Part shown: positions 9,370-17,278 of the stretch, in pieces
How positions within the stretch are numbered: position 1 is the first letter of the stretch
How the letters are laid out: each line of letters opens with the position of its first letter
Assembly: GCF_004376175.1 (NCBI RefSeq)
Contig: NZ_SNUY01000002.1
Location: 1-32,000 of the forward strand
Length of the DNA: 32,000 nt
Direction: 5' to 3'
Source: Halalkalibacterium halodurans
GTDB lineage: Bacteria > Bacillota > Bacilli > Bacillales > Bacillaceae_D
Translations under genes and position numbers: made by a program
Notes under the pieces: generated by a model
The model's database searches: none
Told to the model about the DNA's origin: nothing
Seen by the model: the letters and a program-made list of their open reading frames with translations, nothing else

Positions 9370-10599
9370 TTAGTAGATAGGGTCATAACTTAGGTCGTTT
9401 AAATGTTGGGTATCACCATCTTCAAATTGTGCTAAGGTTTCGTTGAAAATCCGGTCATGATCAAGTCGCCTTCGACCCTTTGATGATCGCTTGGGCTTTT
9501 TAAATAGCTCCTTTAGAAAAACAGAGAAGCTTCTCCACCAATATTCTTTTATAAACTCAAGCATCTCAAGGAGAGTTCCTTGATAACGCACTTTCTTCTT
9601 CATTAATAAAGTTAAACAGAAAGTAATCATGGCGATATAGACTTGGTTGTAAACGGCATTGGCGCTCTTTCCATAACATTTTTTCAGAACCATATGCTGC
9701 TTCATCCATTTGAAGAACAACTCGATTTGCCAGCGGCTTCGATAAAGATCACTGATTTCCTCTGCGCTCATCTTTGCATCATTTATGATAATCGAGATCT
9801 TGTTTCCTTGACTGTCCAGCGTTTCAATCAATCGTAGAGGGTATTTCATTTTTCCTAGCTTGACCACCGCCTCACGAAGAATATCGGAAGATGGGTCCAC
9901 AGGCAGTTCTTCAATAACCTTGATGACCGTGTTATCTTTTATTCGAGTACAAAACCGAACGTTATTTTTACAGTAATCGTCAAACTTATCGAAATCGAAA
10001 TATCCCCGATCAAATACGTGAAGGGCATCCTTTTCGATGACCATCAAGGCATCCAGTTGTGTGGAATCTGCCCGCCTGGCAGGGGTGATGATGATCTTAT
10101 CCGGGGAAATCTCCCCTTCATGAATAACGACACGGGTATGTATTTTCACTCCCGCTTTTGTATTTCGGAAATGAGCCCATCGATACTGGCTAAGACAAAA
10201 AGAGATGGTAGTAGAATCAATGAGATGGATTTTGCCTAATAAAGCATTTCCCTTTTCCTTCCCGAATTCCCGGTGGATCTGTTGGACTAAATGATGAAGG
10301 ATGGATTCAAAAATCTCTGGTGGCAAATCAGAAAGTTTACGGGATAATTGGGATTTACTGATGCTTTTTAATCCAAGTTCTTTTTGTAATTTTTTCTTAT
10401 GCCGCACTTTAAAACTAATTTCCTTTAGACTTGATAACTGTTTCAATTGAGCATAAATAAAGAGTTTGATAAAGGTGAGGCTATCTAGTTTTTTAACATA
10501 TTTATCCACTTGCATTTGATCAATGATTTTAGAAATGACTTTCATGTCTGTCGGTTGAATGTATTCCTTAAAAACCGTTTTTGTGTTATTCTTGTCCAT
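9370..10599 (-). CDS. IS4-family DDE transposase
   Basis: The 409-aa ORF carries the Y-(2)-R-(3)-E-(6)-K signature (YRSRWQIELFFKWMKQ) and D-containing motifs (LIDSTTI, HVFDRGY). ATG follows AAGGAG. Confidence 0.92.
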   Translation of the reverse strand: MDKNNTKTVFKEYIQPTDMKVISKIIDQMQVDKYVKKLDSLTFIKLFIYAQLKQLSSLKEISFKVRHKKKLQKELGLKSISKSQLSRKLSDLPPEIFESILHHLVQQIHREFGKEKGNALLGKIHLIDSTTISFCLSQYRWAHFRNTKAGVKIHTRVVIHEGEISPDKIIITPARRADSTQLDALMVIEKDALHVFDRGYFDFDKFDDYCKNNVRFCTRIKDNTVIKVIEELPVDPSSDILREAVVKLGKMKYPLRLIETLDSQGNKISIIINDAKMSAEEISDLYRSRWQIELFFKWMKQHMVLKKCYGKSANAVYNQVYIAMITFCLTLLMKKKVRYQGTLLEMLEFIKEYWWRSFSVFLKELFKKPKRSSKGRRRLDHDRIFNETLAQFEDGDTQHLNDLSYDPIY

Positions 10600-10607
10600 A
10601 GGTTTAC

Positions 10608-10664
10608 TCCTTATAATTAGGATATGGACAGGACTTCGTACCTTCTGTCATCTAATTATAAGGA
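10608..10664 (-). promoter_or_regulatory. Perfect 13-bp inverted repeat enclosing part of the transposase Shine-Dalgarno site (translational occlusion hairpin)
   Basis: TCCTTATAATTAG (10608-10620) is the exact reverse complement of CTAATTATAAGGA (10652-10664). The 31-nt spacer can itself form a 7-bp stem (GACAGGA/TTCTGTC). In the minus-strand mRNA the distal arm pairs with ..TAAGGA of the SD (AAGGAGT). Confidence 0.55.
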
Positions 10665-10808
10665 TTTTTTTATGAAGTTGAAGACTAGTATTTACCATAA
10701 ATTCAATAAAATTGAATTTAATTACACCTTGACAAATCTTTTTTTATTTAATGCAACGCTAGTGTGTTCGTATGTAGAAATTATCTTGTGGATAAGAGAG
10801 GGGCAAGC

Positions 10809-12020
10809 ATGAAGGACCGTTCGTTTGACACGTTGCAAGAAGCGGTGGATGTATTAAGCTTGACGTTAAATGGTCCGGTGACATTAGAAGACCGAGAACA
10901 TCGTTTGCTTGCATATAGTAAACATTCACATGAGACGGATTCGGCAAGGATTGAGACGATTATGAATCGACAAGTGCCAGATCGTGTCATTGAAGGGCTG
11001 TGGTCCAGCGGATTACTTCAAAAATTAAATCAAACAGATGAGCCCATTCGCATACCTGGGATCCCTGCTGTCGGATTAGGGAATCGAGTGGCTATCAGCA
11101 TTCGCCAACAGCAGTTCGTTCTCGGCTACATATGGGTGCTAGAATTAGAGGAACCGTTGACAGATGAGCAGTTAAACGATTTAAAGGACATGGTGAGCTT
11201 AATTCGAGCGATGCTCATTAAACAACAGGAAACACGATTTCGTAGACGGTTGGAGCGTGAGGAGAGATGGCGTCATCTCTATCAAGGAACGGAAACAGTA
11301 GCTGAAGTAAAAAGACGCTTTCAAGCCGAGGGAGAGCCTTTGCCTGAACGAGGGGTTGTCGTCCAATTTTTTTGCGAACGGACCATTAAGGAGGAACATG
11401 AGCAGGCTCTTTCCTTCATATCGGAAAAAGTGAAGAGCCGAATTCTCGTCACATTTGCGATGCTGATCGACGGGAAATGGACGGTCTACTTAACCGATTC
11501 GTTAAAAAAACCTCTAGATGAGCAAGTGGTCAAACATTTTATTGACCAGTGGATTCGCTCGTGGAATGATCAATTCTCTTATGCGAACGTACTTGCTGGA
11601 GTTGGGCAGCACTGCTCCCAGCTAACCGACGTCTCAGAAAGCTTTCATCAGGCTGAAAAAGTGATTGAACTAAAAGGTGAGTTCGCGTATGAACTGGACA
11701 AAGTCTATTATTTTCATGAATTAGGATTTTATCGGATAATAGTTGATTCGGTTCCGATACTAGAAAGTGAGACGGTACAAACGCTCGCTGCCTATGACCA
11801 GAAGCAAGGAACAGAGCTATTGCAAACGCTAGAGGCCTTCTTAGATGTGGATGAACGGAATCAAGCAGCGGCTGCCTTGCTCCATGTTCACCCAAACACG
11901 CTGAACTACCGAATGAAGCGAATTTATGAGTTAACCGGTCTTGATGTAAAGAACATGAAAGATAAAGTCAGTCTTTATCTTGAGTTGAAACTAAGAAGGT
12001 GGAGAAATCGGGTTGAGTAG
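10809..12020 (+). CDS. PucR/CdaR-family transcriptional regulator
   Basis: ORF 10764..12020. ATG at 10809 follows AGAGAGGGG. The C-terminal PucR-type HTH (AAAALLHVHPNTLNYRMKRIYELTGLD) is present. Length ~400 aa. Confidence 0.85.
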   Translation: MKDRSFDTLQEAVDVLSLTLNGPVTLEDREHRLLAYSKHSHETDSARIETIMNRQVPDRVIEGLWSSGLLQKLNQTDEPIRIPGIPAVGLGNRVAISIRQQQFVLGYIWVLELEEPLTDEQLNDLKDMVSLIRAMLIKQQETRFRRRLEREERWRHLYQGTETVAEVKRRFQAEGEPLPERGVVVQFFCERTIKEEHEQALSFISEKVKSRILVTFAMLIDGKWTVYLTDSLKKPLDEQVVKHFIDQWIRSWNDQFSYANVLAGVGQHCSQLTDVSESFHQAEKVIELKGEFAYELDKVYYFHELGFYRIIVDSVPILESETVQTLAAYDQKQGTELLQTLEAFLDVDERNQAAAALLHVHPNTLNYRMKRIYELTGLDVKNMKDKVSLYLELKLRRWRNRVE

Positions 12021-12159
12021 AGCTTTTACTAATACTGGAATAATAGGGTTTTTGCTGATTTTAGTATCAGATCGTCATAAAATCTAACAAACAGCTGGCT
12101 TGTGATGAGGGTGAGCCGTATACTATGATCAAGCTTAACATAGCCGAGGAGCGATTTTG

Positions 12160-12615
12160 ATGAAAATAAAAATTGATGATTTGCGTAGTAATCAAGTAGT
12201 CGAACTCATAAGGGAACATCTTCACGGTATGACGCTACACTCCTCGCCAGAAAGTATCCATGCGCTAGATTTAAGTTCGCTTCAACAACCTGAAATCACG
12301 GTTTGGAGTGTATGGGAGGGGGAAGACTTGGCTGGCATTGGTGCCTTGAAACAGCTTGATGATCATCACGGTGAGATCAAATCGATGCGAACATCGAAGG
12401 CATATTTAAGAAAAGGAGTAGCGAAAAGACTCTTAAATCATCTCATTGAAGAAGCAAACAGCCGTGGCTACAAACAGATTAGTTTAGAGACCGGTTCAAT
12501 GGAAGCTTTTGAGCCAGCTAGGAAATTGTATGAAGCATTCGGTTTCCAGTATTGTGAGCCGTTTGCCGATTATACGGAAGACCCGAATAGTTTGTATATG
12601 ACAAAGGCATTATAG
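12160..12615 (+). CDS. GNAT-family N-acetyltransferase
   Basis: ATG at 12160 lies 8 nt after GAGGAG. The protein is 151 aa and has the acetyl-CoA-binding motif (YLRKGVAKRLLNHLIEEA). Confidence 0.85.
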   Translation: MKIKIDDLRSNQVVELIREHLHGMTLHSSPESIHALDLSSLQQPEITVWSVWEGEDLAGIGALKQLDDHHGEIKSMRTSKAYLRKGVAKRLLNHLIEEANSRGYKQISLETGSMEAFEPARKLYEAFGFQYCEPFADYTEDPNSLYMTKAL

Positions 12616-12645
12616 GCCAAAATAGTTCTTAAAAGGAAACAGATG

Positions 12646-12676
12646 AAAGCCTCTTTTTAAATAAGGGGCTTTTTTG
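12646..12676 (+). terminator. Rho-independent terminator after the GNAT gene
   Basis: AAAGCCTCTT pairs with AAGGGGCTTT, followed by a T-run (12670-12675). Confidence 0.75.
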
Positions 12677-12721
12677 CACTGAGTAGGCTTCCCTTTTACT
12701 AGAAAACATCGTAATGTGTAT

Positions 12722-12750
12722 TTGCCAACTTGTCAGGGACGTGATAAAAA
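12722..12750 (+). promoter_or_regulatory. Candidate sigma-A promoter (TTGCCA-N17-TGaTAAAAA)
   Basis: The -35 is TTGCCA (12722-12727) and the spacer is 17 nt. There is an extended -10 TG (12742-12743) and a -10 TAAAAA (12745-12750). This is a motif match only. Confidence 0.3.
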
Positions 12751-12779
12751 CAGGTGTCAGCCTTTCCGTGGCTAGGGTC

Positions 12780-12829
12780 TTAACATTTCTTTTGCAAAAC
12801 ATTCACCCTAGCTTCATATCAGTTTTACA
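12780..12829 (+). promoter_or_regulatory. Array of five PhoP-box-like hexamers at 11-bp spacing
   Basis: The hexamers are TTAACA (12780), TTTGCA (12791), TTCACC (12802), TTCATA (12813) and TTTACA (12824). Each starts exactly 11 nt after the previous one. A -10-like TAGAAA lies at 12844-12849. Confidence 0.55.
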
Positions 12830-12896
12830 AAAACAGCGTAAGGTAGAAATCAAAGAAATACATTAGCGACACGATCGGGTGGAGACGTGATGAGAG

Positions 12897-12972
12897 AACC
12901 CTAATGGTTGCAAAAAGGATACAGACATGTCAGTTGTATTCTTCTTGTAGCGATTAGGGTTTTGTCGTGTTT
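12897..12972 (+). terminator. Candidate leader (attenuator) terminator upstream of the HAD-glpP-ugp operon
   Basis: AACCCTAAT (12897-12905) pairs with ATTAGGGTT (12953-12961), with further imperfect pairing inside. It is followed by TTGTCGTGTTT. It lies 16 nt before the first start codon. TAGGGT/ACCCTA segments upstream (12771-12778, 12805-12812) could compete for pairing. Confidence 0.4.
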
Positions 12973-12987
12973 ACCGATTGACTTAGG

Positions 12988-13812
12988 ATGGTGAAGCGCG
13001 TGAAAGAATATCGAACGTACTTTTTTGATCTGGATGGAACGCTAGTCAACGGGAAAACGCTCTTTCCTTATGCGAAAGAGATCATTGCCGAACTGACGGC
13101 CCAAAAGAAACAACTTTATTTTTTAACGAATCATCCGATCCGGTCGCGAAAAGAATTAAAGCAGCATTTGCAGCAAATGGGTTTAACAGTTTCCATGCAG
13201 CAGCTATTGACACCGACGTTAGCGATTTTGGAATATTTCGGGGAAAAGCAGGGACCTGTTAGTCTATACATCGTCGGGTCTCCAATGATTAAGGAAGAAA
13301 TTTCAAGAGAGGGGTTGCACCTTCTTCATTCGTCGCGAGATCCTGTGTGTGGCGAAGTGTACGTCATTTTAGGGATGGCGCCGAATATCGGTTATAACCA
13401 ACTGCAAGAAGCGTTTTTTCTTCTACAACAAGGGGCGAGGCTCGTACTGTTAAATCCTGATTTGTTTTGCCCGACTCCCAATGGATTGCTCCTTGACACA
13501 GGGTCCATTGCAAGGGTGCTCATGAATGAAAAAATGGACATTCACCAAGCGGAGACTGTGGGGAAGCCGTCGATTTGGATGCAGCAAGTACTTTTGAAAA
13601 AAATTCGCCATGCGCGCAGCAGGTCAGTGATGATTGGAGATTCGCTCACTAGTGATATTGCGATTGGACAAGCTGTCGGAATCGATACCGTTCTGCTGTA
13701 TAGCGGTGTGACGAAGAAAAGTTCGTTGGAGTTTGTCAAGCAGAAGCCTACATATGAATATGATTCTCTTAAACAACTGTATGAAGCGCTAAAGGAGGTA
13801 CGTTATGTTTGA
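12988..13812 (+). CDS. HAD-superfamily subfamily IIA phosphatase (NagD/AraL-like sugar- or glycerol-phosphate phosphatase)
   Basis: The protein has the motif I DLDGT (FFDLDGTLVNG), the motif II TN (YFLTNHP), a GKP lysine motif and the motif IV GDSLTSDI. The start could alternatively be GTG at 13000. Confidence 0.8.
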   Translation: MVKRVKEYRTYFFDLDGTLVNGKTLFPYAKEIIAELTAQKKQLYFLTNHPIRSRKELKQHLQQMGLTVSMQQLLTPTLAILEYFGEKQGPVSLYIVGSPMIKEEISREGLHLLHSSRDPVCGEVYVILGMAPNIGYNQLQEAFFLLQQGARLVLLNPDLFCPTPNGLLLDTGSIARVLMNEKMDIHQAETVGKPSIWMQQVLLKKIRHARSRSVMIGDSLTSDIAIGQAVGIDTVLLYSGVTKKSSLEFVKQKPTYEYDSLKQLYEALKEVRYV

Positions 13813-14410
13813 ACAGCCTTATATCTTTGCCCTTACCGATTGGGAGATGGCAGACCGTTGCTTGGAATCAAACGTCCAAACCGTCTTTTTACTAACCGGT
13901 ACGATGCTCGACTTACCTGAAAAAGTGTATGCCTTACAGCAAAGGGGGAAAACCGTCTATCTTCACGTCGATCTGATTACGGGGGTTCAAGCAAACACTC
14001 ATGAAGGAATGCGCTACATTGCAGAAGTGATTGCCCCTGACGGAATTATTAGCACGAAGGGGCAGGCAATTATGCAAGGAAAAAAACTTGGACTTAAGAC
14101 GATCCAACGCATCTTTCTTATCGACCGCCACGCATTAAACAAAGCGATTGATACGTGTTTAAAGATTGAACCAGATGCAGTTGAGGCGATGCCGGGGCTT
14201 ATTATGCCTCGCATAATCGAAGAATTGGTTGCCAGGCTCCCGTTTCATATCGTCTCAGGTGGACTTTTTCAAGAAAAGGAAGAGATGGATCTCGCCTTAC
14301 GTGCAGGCGCTGCCGCGGTATCAGGAAGTCATGTGCTCGATTGCTTTATAGAGAGGGAGGAGACAACGAATGAGTCATGTCGAGTTATTGAACCTATGCA
14401 AAAGCTATGA
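13805..14410 (+). CDS. glpP: Glycerol-3-phosphate-responsive antiterminator GlpP
   Basis: ATG follows AAGGAGGTA and overlaps the HAD stop by 8 nt. The ~200-aa protein shows the GlpP-family pattern (VYLHVDLITGV.., DGIISTKG, IQRIFLIDRHA, PDAVEAMPG, SGGL..EE...AL.AGA.AVS). Confidence 0.8.
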   Translation: MFEQPYIFALTDWEMADRCLESNVQTVFLLTGTMLDLPEKVYALQQRGKTVYLHVDLITGVQANTHEGMRYIAEVIAPDGIISTKGQAIMQGKKLGLKTIQRIFLIDRHALNKAIDTCLKIEPDAVEAMPGLIMPRIIEELVARLPFHIVSGGLFQEKEEMDLALRAGAAAVSGSHVLDCFIEREETTNESCRVIEPMQKL

Positions 14411-15506
14411 TCAAACGACGTTTGCTGTTGAGGATATTAACGTATCGATCAAGGAAGGGGAATTTTTTATCCTTGTTGGACCTTCTGGTTGTGGTAAGAG
14501 CACTATGCTACGGATGATTGCTGGGTTAGAAGATATCAGTGCTGGTGAATTAAAAATTCACGGAGCGACAGCCAACCATTTACCACCAAGCAAACGGAAC
14601 TTATCGATGGTGTTTCAAAACTATGCCCTTTATCCCCATTTAACGGTGGAAGAAAACATTTTATTCGGCCTTAAAGTCCGAAAAGTAAAAAAAGCAGAGC
14701 GGTCAGAGCGCTGCCAACGAGCGGCTGCCATGCTTGGCTTAACCGACTATTTAAAGCGAAAGCCGCGGGAGTTATCTGGTGGACAGCGGCAACGGGTGGC
14801 ACTTGCGCGGGCGGTCGTTAGTGAAGCCCCTCTCTGTCTAATGGATGAGCCTCTATCCAACCTAGATGCGAAGCTGAGGGGGCATATGCGCACAGAGATT
14901 CGTCAATTGCAACGACAGTTAGGAATGACCATGATCTATGTGACCCACGATCAAGTGGAGGCGATGACGATGGGGGACCGGATCATGGTACTAAAAGACG
15001 GTCAAGTTCAGCAAGTCGGGTCACCGCTCGACATTTATAATGCACCTGCGAATTTGTTTGTGGCCACCTTTATTGGAGCACCACCGATGAATATTGCCAA
15101 GGCGACGGTGGATCGAATGAATCGAGAGCTTGCCATAGGCTCCTTGCGTTTACCAATCGAAGAACAGCTGCTAATGCGCATCAGTAGCGATACCGTACAG
15201 CTTGGCATTCGTCCTGAGCAAATAGCGAGGGCAGATGCACCAACCCCTGAGCACGTCCAATGGCACGTGACAGTTACAAATGTTGAAGTATTAGGGAATG
15301 AAACGTTGCTCGCGTTTAAGGTTGGTGAGCATGAATGGAAAGCGAAATGGCTCGGACAGTGGCCTTATCAACTCCATGAAACCATTGCGATTTCTTTTGC
15401 AAAGGAGCATCTTTACCTTTTTGATGGAGAAACGGGAAAAACGCTCGTATCACCTGATCAGAATCAACCATACCTAAGGGGGGCGGTATCCCTTGAATCC
15501 AGCTGA
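14370..15506 (+). CDS. ugpC: ABC transporter ATP-binding protein, UgpC/MalK/MsmX type
   Basis: Walker A GPSGCGKST, signature LSGGQRQR and Walker B LCLMDEPLS are present, with a C-terminal MalK-like regulatory/TOBE domain. ATG follows GGGAGGAG. The ugp assignment rests on operon context. Confidence 0.8.
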   Translation: MSHVELLNLCKSYDQTTFAVEDINVSIKEGEFFILVGPSGCGKSTMLRMIAGLEDISAGELKIHGATANHLPPSKRNLSMVFQNYALYPHLTVEENILFGLKVRKVKKAERSERCQRAAAMLGLTDYLKRKPRELSGGQRQRVALARAVVSEAPLCLMDEPLSNLDAKLRGHMRTEIRQLQRQLGMTMIYVTHDQVEAMTMGDRIMVLKDGQVQQVGSPLDIYNAPANLFVATFIGAPPMNIAKATVDRMNRELAIGSLRLPIEEQLLMRISSDTVQLGIRPEQIARADAPTPEHVQWHVTVTNVEVLGNETLLAFKVGEHEWKAKWLGQWPYQLHETIAISFAKEHLYLFDGETGKTLVSPDQNQPYLRGAVSLESS

Positions 15507-16440
15507 AGCGACTCGCGTACAAGAAAAAATGAAGCAGCACGTCATCCAAGAAAAAGCGTCATTTTGGAAACGAACCGCGAATGTTCGGATAGCGGCGCTC
15601 TACTTATTCCCATCGCTTTTACTATTTTCTATCTTTTTGTTTTTTCCAATGATCCGAACGGTCTATCTTAGCTTCTTTCTCACAGATGCGCAAGGAAACG
15701 CTGCTCTGTTTGTCGGGTTGGAGAACTACCTGTATCTTTTTCAATCCGATCCGTTTCGAAAGAGTGCGTCAGCGACGTTTTTATTCGTTCTTTATACTGT
15801 ACCAACCGGCGTTCTACTTGCACTATTTCTCGCCTTAATTGCCAATGAAAAGCTACGAGGGATTGGTCTATTCCGGACGATCTTTTCTTCCACGATGGGC
15901 ATGTCGGTTGCAGCATCTGCGGTCATTTGGTTGTTTTTGTTCCATCCGACCGTTGGCATTTTGAATTCAATTTTAGGGTTCATTGGTATCGACAGCATTC
16001 CGTGGCTACTCGACCCAAAATGGGCGTTAATCTCGATTGCCATCACTACGATTTGGATGAATACAGGATTTTCTTTTTTGGTCCTACTAGGCGGGTTGCA
16101 AAACATTGATCAGCATTTATACGAAAGTGCTCGGATAGATGGAGCGGGCTATTTTTATCAACTGTTCCGGATTACGGTACCGATGCTGTCACCAACGTTG
16201 TTTTTCATTATTACCATCACATTTATTCACTCGTTTCAATCGTTCGGCCAGGTCGACATTTTAACAGGTGGTGGACCAGCAGAAGCGACTAATCTCATCG
16301 TCTATTCGATCTATCAAGATGCGTTTATCAACTATCAATTTGGCACGGCTAGTGCGCAAGCGGTGATTTTATTTTTACTCGTTTTGCTGTTAACCCTTGT
16401 GCAGTTTAAGTTTGGCGAGAAGAAGGTGCACTATCAATGA
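15493..16440 (+). CDS. ugpA: ABC transporter permease, UgpA-like
   Basis: Polytopic membrane protein with an EAA loop (YESARIDGAGYFYQLFRITVP). TTG at 15493 lies 9 nt after AAGGGGGG. An alternative start is ATG at 15529. Confidence 0.8.
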   Translation: MNPAEATRVQEKMKQHVIQEKASFWKRTANVRIAALYLFPSLLLFSIFLFFPMIRTVYLSFFLTDAQGNAALFVGLENYLYLFQSDPFRKSASATFLFVLYTVPTGVLLALFLALIANEKLRGIGLFRTIFSSTMGMSVAASAVIWLFLFHPTVGILNSILGFIGIDSIPWLLDPKWALISIAITTIWMNTGFSFLVLLGGLQNIDQHLYESARIDGAGYFYQLFRITVPMLSPTLFFIITITFIHSFQSFGQVDILTGGGPAEATNLIVYSIYQDAFINYQFGTASAQAVILFLLVLLLTLVQFKFGEKKVHYQ

Positions 16441-17249
16441 AAACGACGAGACCTTATATCGTATATCCGCTCCTATGTCTCTCGGCATTGCTTATCTTTT
16501 TTCCGATTGTTTACGCGTTTTTTGTAAGCTTTATGAGCGGTGCTGAAGTGTTGAGCCGGGCATTTTTTCCGTCGTCCGTTAACTTTGACAACTATGAAAA
16601 AGTTTTTTCAACGGTCCCGCTTCTTCACTATTTGCAAAATAGTTTCATTGTCTCAATCACAGTTATGATCGGTCAGCTCATCGTTTGTTCGTTATCTGCA
16701 TATGTCTTTGCCTTTATCCCTTTTAAAGGGCGGACGTTCGTGTTTCTCTTGTTCATCTCTACGCTCATGATTCCGTGGGAAGCGGCCATGATCCCGAATT
16801 TTCTCACGATCCAAAAACTAGGCTGGCTAAACTCCTATTTAGGGATGACCGTTCCATTTTTCGCCCTCGCCTTTGGGACGTTTTTGCTTCGCCAGCATTT
16901 TAAGACGATTCCGAAGGAGCTTCATGAAGCAGCGCAAGTCGAGGGACTTTCTCCGTTTCAATTTTTTTATAAAGTGTGCCTTCCTTATGCGAAGACGAGT
17001 CTAGTGACTCTTGGAATCTACGGATTTTTAACGACGTGGAACATGTACTTGTGGCCGCTTCTCGTCACGACAAATGATCGTAAGCGAACGGTCCAAATCG
17101 GGCTTAAACAATTACAAACGGTTGAAGTTGCGACCGAATGGGGGGTGGTTATGGCAGGAGTCGTCGTTGTCATTATTCCTACCTTATTGCTTCTGTTTCT
17201 CGGGCAGAAGCAGCTGCAAAAAGGGTTAACGCAAGGAGCAATTAAGTAA
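16437..17249 (+). CDS. ugpE: ABC transporter permease, UgpE-like
   Basis: ATGA start/stop overlap with the preceding gene. EAA loop HEAAQVEGLSPFQFFYKVCLP. 270 aa. Confidence 0.85.
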   Translation: MKTTRPYIVYPLLCLSALLIFFPIVYAFFVSFMSGAEVLSRAFFPSSVNFDNYEKVFSTVPLLHYLQNSFIVSITVMIGQLIVCSLSAYVFAFIPFKGRTFVFLLFISTLMIPWEAAMIPNFLTIQKLGWLNSYLGMTVPFFALAFGTFLLRQHFKTIPKELHEAAQVEGLSPFQFFYKVCLPYAKTSLVTLGIYGFLTTWNMYLWPLLVTTNDRKRTVQIGLKQLQTVEVATEWGVVMAGVVVVIIPTLLLLFLGQKQLQKGLTQGAIK

Positions 17250-17278
17250 CGCATATTTTAAAAAGGAGTGAAGTTAAG

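Larger units (their letters stand above)
9254..10730 (-). mobile_element. IS4-family insertion sequence (boundaries approximate)
   Basis: This is an AT-rich block sharply different from its flanks, holding a single DDE transposase ORF. Imperfect terminal similarity exists between TAATTATTACATTTTAT.. (9254-) and the reverse complement of 10690-10728 (TAATTAAATTCAATTTTAT..). I found no clear target-site duplication, so the ends are low confidence. Confidence 0.6.

Noticed and set aside
10624-10947. Small ORFs 10624..10812 (+) and 10759..10947 (-) at the IS/regulator junction, and the 15-codon upstream extension of the PucR-like ORF from 10764.
   Set aside because: They have no SD and overlap the IS end or the regulator gene. 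The ATG at 10809 behind AGAGAGGGG is the convincing regulator start.
12771-12812. Hairpin GCTAGGGT-N26-ACCCTAGC as an independent RNA element or operator.
   Set aside because: It overlaps the phased PhoP-like boxes. It would be untranscribed if the Pho-type promoter is used. I keep it only as a possible alternative-pairing partner if the upstream TTGCCA/TAAAAA promoter is real.
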